Part shown: piece by piece, positions 49,671 through 62,197 of the stretch
How the letters are laid out: each line of letters begins with the position of its first letter
Position numbering within the stretch: the first letter of the stretch is position 1
Assembly (NCBI GenBank): GCA_964106645.2
Contig: OZ067042.1
Length of the DNA stretch: 64,000 nucleotides
Origin: Podarcis pityusensis
Lineage: Eukaryota
Strand: one strand, 5' to 3'
Position numbers and translations under genes: made by a program
Notes under the pieces: generated by a model
What the model saw: the letters and a program-made list of their open reading frames with translations, nothing else
Told to the model about the DNA's origin: nothing
The model's database searches: none

Positions 49671-51792
49671 TATCCATGTTTGACTTTTTCTGGGCCTTCG
49701 CCTCCATTGGTGAGAGCCATCTGGGTGTCTTCCTTTCTAAAAGATCTTTATATTTTATCCATACATTGTACAAAGATTTCCTAATTACATGATTTTTAAA
49801 TGCATTATGGGCCTTTACTTTATCGTACCATAAATATGCATGCCATCCAAACACATTATCAAATCCTTCTAAATCTAAAACCTCAGTATCTTCCAGTTGT
49901 ACTTTGGTAGATTATTTTAGACAAGAGCCTAGGTTCAAATTTACAGCATGTTAGCATCCCACATTAATAGTTAAAGGTGTGTTTCCATCAGCTGTCTTGC
50001 ATCATTTCTAACACTGAAGGGGTGGTTCGATTTTCTACTCTCTCTCTTGTGTACGAAAGGAAAGGAAAGGAAAAGAAAAGAAAAGAAAAGAAAGAAAAGA
50101 AGGAGTTAGATGGAGAGACACAAGCATTGCGAACTGTTCACATGCTTGGGTCTCTGGATGTTTACTTTGAGGTACCAGGAAGTTTAATGTATCCTAGGGA
50201 TTATAAAGAGGTTGTGCTTCCTTGTTATTAGCTCTTACACCAACAACATTTTGAAATAAACAGATGCCTCATCTTGCAAATACTTCAGTTTCCTCCTTTT
50301 TCTCATTCAACATAAAATAGATAATAGTAACACATCATACTCAAGTTTGAGTTTAGTAGAGAGGAAAACAGGCAGGAGGGAACTTCGTTATGGCCCCTTG
50401 ATTTTTTATTATTATTAGGAAATCAGCAGAGCTCTATTCATGTAAAACATGTGAAATACACAAACATTTGAGTTCAAATTCACTAGCTTGGAATTTATGA
50501 CTTGACAATTTAAGATAATCAGTTAGCATATTTTATGATTGATTGATTGATTGATTGATTGAGTACATGTACTGCCTTTGTGCCAAGGCACCCAAGGTGG
50601 TTTGCAATTTTAAAATACTAAAACAAATATATGAAATAAAATTTAAGGTTGACCCTGTGACAGGAGAGGGGAAAGTCCAACTGCGGGAAGCCCCTGATGT
50701 TGTCTTTGCTTGTCTCCCTTTTGCTCTTCTTTCCCCCCAAATTCAAATTTCATAGTGAACCATGGGTTTGGAGCCTTAGAACCTTATTTTTGCATCCAAA
50801 ACTTCAGTTTCATGAATTTTTTGGTTGCTTGCAGATATTTGGGGGAAATGATTCTTGCAAATCTCCTGGTGAAAGCTTCAACACTTCAAATCATGTATAT
50901 ATTGCAGCCCATATAACTTCCCTGCTTGAAGCTGCCCTACATTTCCTTGACAAGCTTAGAAGTGATCCCAGTTTTCTCTTTGTCTCTTCAGTATGCAGCT
51001 TGAAGCATACATTTGGGCTCTGCACATTAAGTTTTTTTAACATGCTGACATGTTTCGTTGCTCGATTTTTCCTAAGGTGCATTGACTCAGGTGTTCTTTG
51101 AAAAAGGGCTGCATTTCACTTACATACTTTACTGCCTGAGATCTGACCCACTACTAATTAAGCAGCATCTTTTGATTATCCATAACCATGATGCACTTAG
51201 TAATACAGCTGCAGACTGATGAATTCTAGTTAAATTCTACGTAGGTTGGGTTGTTAGATACAATGGCAGTCAAATTGCTACTATCAAGCAGCTTACATTT
51301 CTTACATTTCTTTCAGCTTTATTAGCTCCCTTCCGCTCTTCGCTGACTGAACTGCAGTCTTGAGATTGTTCTCGTATAAACAGATGACCTTGTTGCAAAT
51401 CCCAAAGTGTATTGATTCATGGTTTGAAGTATCTGGGTTTGAAGCAGACAAAGCAGTCCATCTGAGAACAAATTACTATATTAAAAGGGGTAAATTTATT
51501 AGAAATAACACAGATGTTCTTTGGGCTTTTCCCTTTCCTTGAACTCGTTCAAAACATTCCAAACAGGTAGTCGTGAGACTTGAAGTTAACAGGGAACCAG
51601 GCAGAGGACCTTAGTAGTGTCACCCATCCTGTGGAATGTCCTGCCATCAGATGTCAAGGAGGTAAATAACTACAACTTTTAGAAGACATCTGAAGGCAGC
51701 CCTATGTAGGGAAGTTTTTCATGTTTTATTATGCTTTTATATTTGTTGGAAGCCGCCCAGTGTGGTTGGGGCAACCCAGTCAGATGTGCTGG

Positions 51793-51829
<37 letters not shown>

Positions 51830-52491
51830 GTCTGGTATAGCAAGAACATTTTAAAAATGAAGGTTTGCTATGGCATTAATGATTGTGGACTAGAGCGCAC
51901 TTAATCAGATTTGAAGTGATTTTGAGAACTTGTAACTTGGTCCATATGTATGTGGAGTTTTTGTAAAAGGCGAAAAATTTATACGATCTGAAGAGAAACC
52001 AGAGTATCAAGTTTTTGGATAAGTGACACAACACTGGCTGTTTAGCTGACTATTCAGTTCAATTTGTTTCTGGGCAGGTTCAATGATGCCTCAAAGCAAG
52101 TGTGATCCCACACTTTCCAGTCACTTTCTTAATTGCAAAAATCCTTTTGGGGAAATGGCTAGTTATGCAAGGCCTCTCAATCAACAATAATTGCACAGCC
52201 TGAATTTGCTGATATGTGACTGAATCCCACCCCAAAATAGCAGCAGTCTAGAAGCACCCTCAGCATGGATTTTTCCTATGAGTTGATTGCAGAAGTCACC
52301 CGGGGGGGGGGTGGAGAGAAAGCAGTCATCTGAATGATGTTTTCATCCAGTTAAATGGTTTTTCTTCTGGTACACAGTGGTATTTGGGAAATTAAATATA
52401 AACCAGACGCCCATGTTTCATTTTGGGTTTGGGAAACTTTTTCAGTCCAAGGGCTGTGCTTCCTTTTGGGGGGCCTCCCAGCAGCCACATG

Positions 52492-52505
52492 CCACTAGAG
52501 GGCAG
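52492..52505 (+). promoter_or_regulatory. candidate CTCF site CCACTAGAGGGCAG
   Basis: Full match to the CTCF core consensus. Confidence 0.5.
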
Positions 52506-52802
52506 GGCCAGAGGCTAAAGTGAGTGGAGCAATGTCTAGAAACGTTTACCTTTGTACAGCAGACTACTTTTTAAATGTTTGTACTCACACCTCCTGGCAA
52601 GCAAGGGTGGTTATCAGAGTTCAATTGAGCATTCTAGCCAGTGAGACTCAAGGAGGCCAGCAAGGAGCGTCCCAAGGACCAGATTGAAAAGCCTGGATGG
52701 CCCCTCACTCCTGCTGCGTATCAAAATACAGATTCTTTCCAACAATAGCTTGCCTTGGGTTGCTAAATTGCCATGCTTGGCTCTGAGTAAAATGAAATCA
52801 TA

Positions 52803-53143
52803 GGGACACAGGTGGCACTGCGGTCTAAACCACTGAACCTCTTGGGCTTGCCGATCAGAATGTCAGTGGTTTGAATCCCTGCAACAGCAGTTCAAAAGCA
52901 TGCCAGTGCAAGTAAATAAATAGGTACCACTTTAGCGGGAAGGTAAACAGTGTTTCCGTGTGTTCTGGTTTCTATCACGGTGTTCCATTGCGCCAGAAGC
53001 GGTTTAGTCATGCTGGCCACATGACCCAGAAAGCTTGTCTGTGGACTAATGCCGGCTCCCTCAGCCTGAAAGTATAATGAGCGCCGCAACCACATAGTCG
53101 CCTCTGACTGGACTTAACCGTCCAGAGGTCCTTTACCTTTACC
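52803..53143 (+). mobile_element. Sauria SINE with internal deletion
   Basis: GGGACACAGGTGGCACTGCGG head, CCTTTACCTTTACC tail. Confidence 0.88.
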
Positions 53144-53577
53144 TAGCCAGTCTCCAGACCTTAATCCCATCAAAAATCTGTGGAGGGAGCTGAAGGTTCG
53201 AGTAGCTACACATCAGCCTCAAAATCTTACTGACTTGGAGAGGATCTGCAAAGAGCGAGTGGAACAAAATACCTCCTGAGATGTGTGCAAACCTGGTGGC
53301 CACCTACAAGAAACGTCTGACCTCTGTAATTGCCAACAAGGGTTTTGCCACCAAGTACTAAGTCATCTTTTGCAAAGGGATCAAATACTTATTTCACTCA
53401 TTATAATGCACATCAATCTCTGACTTTCATCTTCTGGGTTTCTGGGGGTTTTCCTGTTGTTATTCTGTCTCTCACAGCTACAATAAACCTACCATTAAAA
53501 TTATGGACTGGTCATTTCTTCGTCAGAGGGCAAACGGGCAAATTTAGCAGGGGATCAAATACTTTCCCCCCTCACTG
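53141..53577 (+). mobile_element. Tc1-family transposon 3' fragment with IR/DR-type right end
   Basis: [10 protein letters not shown](K)NLWRELK motif; stop near 53361; direct repeats GGGATCAAATACTT at ~53377 and ~53551; ends CACTG|TA. Confidence 0.85.
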
Positions 53578-55280
53578 TATAAAGATCTGGTTGACCCAAA
53601 AAGTTCCTTTTGTGAGATCAGTTGCAAATAATCGTTTACAGTTGAGTCAAGTAAATGCCTCTTGGAAGTGATTGCCATTTCTGGACCTCTTATGGTATTT
53701 TGGAGTTGATTTAATACAGTGTGACACATTCCAAAGGAAAGCAGAAATAGATATGCATTCCATAGGGCATGAGAGTATACTATACAGAATTTCAGGAGTT
53801 TCCCACTTGATAATTTGCACAAGAAGTTCTGAGATTAGGAAGTTTGGAGATTATCTTCACTTACCTGAGAGTAAGCTTTATTGAATTCAATGCAACTTAC
53901 TTCTTAGTAGACACACACAAGACTGCTGTGAAGTTCTCTTTTGTTATATGGCAAATAATAGAAATAAGGCTGTAATTTAACCAGTATGCTAATTTTAGAC
54001 TAGATAATTTTTAATTATTAGGGCTGCAAGCTAAAGGCAGACTTGCTACCCCCTCCCTCTGGCTATTTCCGTTTTGGTTTCCTTAAAAGAAAATGAAAAA
54101 TAAAATGCTGAAAATGACCTATCTTAACAACGTATTAAAGCTTTTGTCTATTAAATTGCATGTTAATCTCACACTTTTTTCAATATCTCAAGAAGACACT
54201 TATATTAGATTTTGAGAAGATGCACAATTATTTAAATTCAATTGATCTATCAGTTCAAAGACAGATGATTAATCAACAAGTTTTTTTTTAATTTGTTGAT
54301 AGCCTTTTTTTTTTAATTAAGGAAGTATTTGTTTGTTACTCTTCCAAAGAGTTCTATTGAAAGTTTCACAACGGTGTTAGGAGAAAGTGTCAATTTGCCT
54401 CAAATTGGACTACTAAAGACCAATCATTGTCCTACAGTCCCTGTCATTTAGGAACTTCCTGCATCCCCAGTGTTGTCAGAGTGGAATTTTAGAGTAGGAG
54501 GAAAGTGTTCAGCTGCTCTTTTACCTGTTGAAAGCATCTTTTGACAGACACGATGAGGCAGCTCCATTTGACTGTTGCCTCCTTAAGAATCAGATTCTTC
54601 AGCCCACACTTTGCTTGGCGTTGACTACTCCTTTATTGACTCTTTGTGCCTTTGAATTTTGCCTGGACTGTGCATTTTCTGTTAAGCACCAGCTGAAGAC
54701 AAGCTCCTCAGTTGTGGCATTATAGAAAAGCCCACATAACCTCCCACACAGTGACTTCCTCAAAGAGAAAAACGGGGATGCCTTTTTCTTTGAAGAAGCA
54801 CTTTTCAAACAAAAGGGATTTCCCTATGTGCTGATGGGACTACCCATCTTTTTTTTTTTTTTTTTTTTTTTTTTTGCCACACACGGGCAGCAATCATGCT
54901 GCTGTGTCCAGCTGAATTTGGAAAGCCTTCAGGGTGAGCAAATTTCAGGACTCTTCTCTATCTAAGCATCTATATATTTAAAAGCTTTCTTTGAGGAGGC
55001 AAATGCTACAAAGCTAATCTATGAAGCATATATTAATTATGCTCTTTGTTGTTGGGGAGAAAGTAAAAAATGTACTGCAAGGGACCCTCCAGTTCACCTT
55101 TTCAGTGAGCATTCAACTTGATTTGCTTCCACCAAAATATCCCAGGAGTTGAGTATTCTTCGTTAAGGAATTCCCAAGTTATTACAATTTTCTGAGCGGA
55201 AAACAGGCTGTTAAGCCTATTTATATCTGTGGTGTAGAGATGCCCGTATCATTTTTGTTCCATCCCAAGGTGGGTATGTT

Positions 55281-56297
55281 GAATGAATGAATTTATTAAT
55301 ACGGTCACAGACCAGCGTCAACACACACAATATCACAGATCATAAAAAAATAAAAAATATCAGAAATACAGAGGACAATATGAGTATAACAAGGATTTAA
55401 ATATAAAAAATTAAAATTAATTATTAGCGTGCCCCCTGTAATTAACATTTGGGGGTTTGGTCATTATGGGATACCACTTGCTTCCTGTGATTAATTGCAG
55501 ACGCACAGAATTTGGCTACATTTGATGTAGTCTTGGGATTCTTGTCCTCTAGCAGTAGTTTTAAACTATGGTGTTCCGATTCTTTCCTGGACTTTTGCAA
55601 AACAGGTGTAATAAAAGTCAAACGTATATCCTCATAAAGACGACAACGTAATAGTACATGTGAAGCAGTTTCAACTTCCAACGAGCCACAGGGGCAAACC
55701 CGTGCTGTGTATGGTTTACCCTCAAATCTGCCCTGAAGTAAGGCAGAAGGGAGAACGTTGAATCTGGCGAGGGTAAAAGACCATCTGTATTTGGGTACCT
55801 GAAGACCTGACAGATAGTTAGCTGGAGAGAAACCTCTCCCATGGTCCCTTATTGCTGGATGTTTGATCATTCGCTCATGTGGCATTGTAATTCTACGTCC
55901 CAGATACGCTGGCGAATTGTAGTCCTAGCTTTCTCGAAGCCTGTCGCTATCAGGGTCTGCTGTGGGATCCCCAAGCCTTTAAGCTTTTCCAGCAGTGTTG
56001 CTTTCCATTTGGATTGGTAGGTATCTAATAAGGTTAAAGGTGCCAGCCCAACCGGGAAGAAAATAAGCTTTAGCCAATAATGGATCTTCAGTATCCATAT
56101 CCGAGTACTGATAGGAATTTGCCCAACCTCCAAACGGACCGCTATGTTGGATACGCAAGCGGGGATCCCCAGCAGGCAGCGGAAAAACTTAGTTTGAAAT
56201 GCCTCTAAGAGAGTAAGGTTTTTAAAGCTGCAGATCTGGGATCCATATAGCAATTGTGGTAGTATTTTGGCAGCAAAGACCTGGGAGGCTGCCGGTA
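55281..56297 (-). mobile_element. 5'-truncated non-LTR retrotransposon, probably RTE-X-like, with (TTCA)n tail
   Basis: 11-bp TSD GTGGGTATGTT at 55270-80 and 56298-308. ORF fragments end in a CPC..E...HVLLRC zinc knuckle. Clade assignment is from memory. Confidence 0.75.
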
Positions 56298-59200
56298 GTG
56301 GGTATGTTTTGTCGCTTACTAACTCTTGGTCAAATTAGACGCAATAGGTCAGCCATATGGCGTGCCCCCCCCCCCCATTAGACATGGTGTAGGAGAAAGT
56401 TCTGTAATTTTTACTCAACAGGGAGGGAGAATTAAACCCTATGCCTGTCTCATTGTCTCATCTTCCTTGGCTTGGCCCAATTATTTCAAGCAGTCCTGCA
56501 CTACCATCCTTGCACAGTTCACTTCTAGTATCAGGGCTGGACTGGGAGAAAATTACTTGAAGCCACAGAGTACAGTGAGGTAAGAGGCTATAGTCTTGTT
56601 TCTCCCTTACCCACATGTGTCACTGGCTGTAAACATGTAAAAACAACAGCACAGATGTGATTTTGGCATGGTTTCACCCATTTGTTGGCATATGTTTAGA
56701 CACCGCTCAAATTATCATTGTCAAACTCAGCACAATGGTTCCTGAGGTGAAGGCAACAGCCTTCACGGATGTTTGGATGGTGGGCATCATTTTGACTCAA
56801 GATGGCGGACCAAAATGTGACGGTGTGATGGATCCAAACTCACAATTTAGAATATTAATTTTAAAATCTCAATTTTTCATTTCTAAAAATTCCCAGGCAG
56901 CACTCCCCACTTGTGCTTAATAAATGGTGGTGGTGGTGATTATCCCAGGGGCATAGATTCTAAAATCTAGACAGAATAAAGAGTTAATCTGAACACTTTC
57001 TGCCCACCACAGAAACCCTTGTTACGACTTTTGCCCTAACTCCCCACTTCCTTCCTCCAGTTTGGAAACAGGGAATGACATGAATAAAACCCATCATAAT
57101 TAGCACTGGCACGCATAACTGCTGAATCTCCAACTTGGCTTTGGGGTGGGAAGAAAACCAAACGGCTGAAGTTGTGAGAGTCCCTTTTCCTTGGAGTTGC
57201 TCTTCCTCCATCTGTAACTCTCCCTTGCGAGTTTTCTCCTCAAACCATCAATACAACAGCAGGGCAATATTACCTCATCAGTCATGATTTACTTAATGTT
57301 TTCTGAATTTAGTAATTTTTGATTAAAATTTAATGCGAACATATCATATCATACGCCACATATATTATTGCAGCCATTAATCAAGTAACCTTATTAATGA
57401 AATGTCGGAAGGCTGGGTGAAAAAGCAGCTGAAAGCTTGATATATGTTTGGCACAGTTCTGTGAGTGATTACTGGGGGCGGGGGGGGGAGTGCATTGAAA
57501 CCGATTGTACCAAGCTTCATTAATATACATTTACCATCTTCTGTGTATTGTATCATCAGATATTTTAACCTTAGTTAAGTCTGATCCTTAATTTGCTGAA
57601 AGACACTAAATATTAATAATATTGAAAAATACGAAATATACGGTTAGCTCACATAATGCCAAAATGATTCATGCCACATCTTAATGCCTCTGTAGCAAAA
57701 TACGTACCAGGAAGGTTGTCAGAGTTAATGGATCATTTTTTGTATATATATGTGTGTGTGTTTTGTTTTAGGTGGAATAACAAATGTTTTATGCATGCTT
57801 CTCTAAACCTCAAATTAAAACAAATGAACACGCTATTTTTACTTTCTTTTAAAAGGGGGCCAACACAGCATGACTGGATTCATCAAAACAAATACACATT
57901 ATAAGAAATGCAGAACCACCACCAACAAAGCAATCTCAGAGCCACCCTCACAATCCTTCCTATATATGTAGTTTCAAGACAAGGTTGTGTCCTGTTGTCA
58001 TTGCACTGCATGTTTTCCTGTCTGTGGCTTTACATGGGCTGGCAAGGGTGGGTGGAGAAATGAAACTTATGGTACTCAGTGACGTCAGGGCATGGGGTAG
58101 TTCGTGCTACATGTTATCAAGGTTTGGGGAAGAGGAGAACTCAGCACTAGTGCTCTTACCATGTGTAGTTGCTGGAATATTACTCAGGGTGGAACACAAT
58201 ACTCAGCTAGATGGACCATCCCCACCCCCACCCCCCAGAGCGGAGCTTCCATTTTGGTGTAAATAGTAGTTTTCCTCCTCAGATAATAGCAAATTCACAG
58301 AGAGGGAGTCACATCAGAACTACAGCATGTGGTCTTGATCCTGACTGTTCCAATTCCCCACTCCCCTTTTTATAACTGCTGTTTTAAAATGTAAAAACAA
58401 TTACATATGTTGATACAGGCTCAGTTTGTTGATATAATCTTGGGTGGTGGTGTAGCGTTCAACTTTATTGCACAAACTTTGTGGCTTACTCTGTCAAAAA
58501 GTATCAAGAAACTTTGACTCCTGTAGGATTAGTCTTTTCAAGTGTCAGTGCCGAAAACATTAGCAATAGTATTTATTATTATTTTATTAAATTTATTAGC
58601 TGCTTGCAAGTCTCTGCATGACTTACATAAAGCACAATATAAAATCAGAAACAAAACCAATATATGCCTATCCAGTCGGACATAAAGTGCACCGCATTCA
58701 AAGGTTAGCTCATAATAACTATTACAGCTGTTACCATTCATAATTACTGTCCTTTTGGAATTACTGTAGCTTTATTTGACTTTGCAGCAATACTTGGAGC
58801 TAACTAACTCCTCAACACAGTTGCTTTTTGTAAATATAGGTGAGTTCATTTTGCCACTTAGTAACTTGAAGGGAATATAATATTTTATTTCTTGTTGGCC
58901 GACATGTCTGTTCAGAAGTAAGCTCTGCTGAGTTCAACAGGAGTTGCTTTCAGGTGGATCTCAGATTGGCAGCTGAAAGTTAACATGACCCATAAAAGAA
59001 CAAAATATTTGTGTTGTTTAATTCCCAAGGTTTATGTCTTAGTTCACCGCAAATTGCAAAAGAATGAAAGGCACGTTGTGCTTTGGATGCGTATCAAGTC
59101 TCCTTATTATAATACCTGAAAATTTGTACAGCAAAGGAATCTTTCCTGCTAGACATATCTTTTGCCAGGCTGCTGTTACAAAGGTCTGTGGGAGGTGAGT

Positions 59201-61465
59201 AAGAACACCAAAGCCTCTTCAATTGTTATCAAATAGCTGTTCATAGAAATATCTTCCCCGAGTTTGCTGCACACAAAGCACATCCCACACATTATCATTA
59301 TTCATTCTTTTGGCTGAAGAGGCTTGTTTTTCCACAGATGGGCTCTTCCTGTTTGGCATTCGTAACCGTGGACTGCTGTTCGGTTGAAGAAAACACGTCA
59401 TCTGTCTATGAACCGAGATTTTCAGCTGATTCATGAACGCCTTTTTTTTAAGTGTAGCAGAAAGTGGCGGTGGTAGTGAGGGCAAGAACCACCATCAAGA
59501 ATGATATAGAAGTTCAGATGTCTTCCCTACCTGCATCCCATACAGTGCATGCAAGGAAGAATCCAAATATGGTTTGATGCCTGCCCATCAGAGGTGGTTT
59601 CAGGGTAGAGCAACCGGTTCAGCCGCCCTGGGCACTGCACACCAGGGGCACCACAGCAACGCTGTAGAACAGAGTATGAGAGGCGGGGGGTGAATTTTAG
59701 TGTCACACAGGGCACTGCTGAAATTTGAGAGCCTGAATTCTGCCACTGCTGCCCATCCTTAAATAAAATTAATAGAACAAGCAGCCAGCAGCTATTCCTA
59801 CATAAAGGAAGTGTGTGTATATGGATGTTTTATCTTGCTTTTTAATAGTTAACAAAAGTCTGCTGTACCCAAGAGAACTCCGCTAAATTTTCTCGTTAAA
59901 AGGGAAGCAGGGGAATAGAACGAAGTGACTCAGGAACGAAGTCATCAGTAAAACAGCCTTGTGGGATAATTTATTTGTGGCATTGTCCTGAATTTTGAAG
60001 AATAGTAGCTAAAGCAGCTTTCATGTAGTCCCGTAGGAGCCAATTCGTAGGGGCTGAGGTCCCTTTGGGGGCCCCATAAAATATTTGAGGGGGCTGCCCC
60101 CCAAGTTGATAGGCATTGCCATTCAAATGATGTGCACACACCACATTTTGTGACATTATTCGGGGCAGAGCTTACCTGCCCCCCCAAATATTTTATTCAA
60201 GTTGGCACTCCTGTGTATTCATAATAATGAAAGAATGTTCTGCATCAGAACACAGTTGCCCTTTTGTGAAATTCAATAGAATCTGTGCATTTCCTGCTGC
60301 TCTGTATCATGCTTTTTCTTCAGCCATCAGCTAGTCTGCAATGATATAAGAGCTTCATCATCTGTATGGACAAAGCCTTAAGTATGTGCTCTGAATGTTC
60401 AACGTGGAGCACAGATGATTGCATTAGTCAACGTAGATTTATTTTTAAACTTGCAATTACTACTCCAATTTCATGTCTTTGAGAAGCTCAGAGCTACTTG
60501 AACTCAGGGTGGAAAGCACAATGAATTAGTCAATAATTCACTGAGGGCGTTGGGGGGCGGCAGTGGAATTAAAGTTCTGGGAACTTTGGGATTTATTTAT
60601 TTATTTGCAGGTGTAGGAGTCCCAGTCTGAAATGTGCTCACAGTAGAAGGGCAAAGGGTCCTGCTAGGATCCTGACTGAAAGTACCCCTGCGGAGGTCCA
60701 TCACTCATTTCACATGCCGTTTGGCCCTTCGTTTCTCTTCTAACTTGGTGTGAAAATATACCTGAAAGCTTTGGTGAGCTGGATGTTACCTAGTAAATTG
60801 AAGTAGCATTTTTGTAAGATAGAGGTATTGTTTGTTCTGAGTTCTCAGGTCCGAGAGGTGAGAAGAAGGCCTGTTGTGGACCAGGTTGCTCTCCCTTGGA
60901 AGGAGCAGGTCCTTAGCTTGGGGGTTGTCTTGGGTCCAACACTACCTCATGAGGCTCAGGTGTCCTCAGTGGCCAGGAGTGTCAGCTGGTTCTCCCATTT
61001 TGGCCTCTTTTGGAAAGAGGCGATGTGGCCACTGCACTCCATGTCCAGTTTGGATTATTGCACTGCACTGTCTACATGGGACTGCCCTTGAATACTATGT
61101 CAACTCCTCAGCAGATGCCTCACAGTTTTGGTCTCCCTTTACATGAAATACAAGGATAATAAATAAATCATAGCCTCAACCTTTGGAGAGTGACAAATTG
61201 GCTATCCTTATTGTAATACAATTAACCATATACATATGCTTATTGCTGTAGCTTTAGGTCCTTTTCTTTAAAAGGATAAATGGACAAATTTAATTCACGA
61301 ATCGCTTCCTCTGAAGCATCTCAAAGAGATTTCGCAATACAATAGAAACTTACTTCGCATACTTTGCCAAACTTTTATTCTGCATTATGAATATAGGCCA
61401 TCATAAAACATCCATATATAAAAATTTAAAATATATAAAAAAACAGCCATGTAAAATATGTAATA

Positions 61466-61940
61466 CAGTGGTACCTTGGTTCTCAAACTTAATCTGTTCC
61501 GGAAGTCCATTCCAAAACCAAAGCATTCCAAAACCAAGGCACCCTTTAACATAGAAAATAATGCAAAATGGATTAATCCGTTCCAGACTTTTAAAAAAAA
61601 CCCTAAAACAGCAATTTAACATGAATTTTACTATCTAACGAGACCATTGATCCGTAAAACGAAAGCAATAAACAATGTACTGCAGTCACAATCAGTCAGT
61701 AGCTGAACTGGGTTCCACACAGTCACAAAAAAGCTGCAAAAACAAAACAAAAAATAGACAGACCTCAGTGTAACACTCAAAATGGAAGTGTGGCACTCAA
61801 ATCAGAAGCGTAGCACTAAAAACGGAGCATGTTCAGCTTCTGAAAAAAGTTCGCAAACCGGAACACTTACTTCCAGTTTTGCAGTGTTTGGGTTCCAAGT
61901 TGTTTGAGTACCAAGACGTTTGAGAACCAAGGTATCAGTG
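61466..61940. mobile_element. Tigger/pogo-like MITE, 475 bp
   Basis: TA TSD; TIR CAGTGGTACCTTGGTTCTCAAAC matches 21/23. Confidence 0.88.
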
Positions 61941-62063
61941 TAACAAGGATTTTCATGGGATTTTCTTCTTGCTAAATAGTCCCATTCACCGCTGTAAGAG
62001 ATACTATTCACAAAACCACAGCCACCCTTGCAGTTACTTCCAGGTTAATGTCAGACAGATAGA

Positions 62064-62197
62064 ATCTGAAAACGTGTGCGTGCTCAAGAAAGCTCATACC
62101 AAGAACTAACTTAGTTGGTCTCTAATGTGCTACTAGACATTTTTTTAATTTTTTAATATATTTCTACTGTGTCAGACCAACACGGCTACCTACCTGA
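62064..62197 (+). mobile_element. Penelope-like element terminal fragment
   Basis: GAAAGCTCATACC..TTAGTTGGTCTCTAA.GTGCTAC..CAGACCAACACGGCTAC; flanking 13-bp direct repeat AGATAGAATCTGA at 62057-69 and 62198-210. Confidence 0.7.

Larger units (their letters stand above)
48340..49900 (-). mobile_element. second L1-clade fragment (different subfamily), interrupted by a MITE
   Basis: GWHAYLWY...PRWLSPME resumes as KWLIYSDLL...CWKC...YMWWTC on the other side of the 49215-49670 insertion. Confidence 0.87.
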
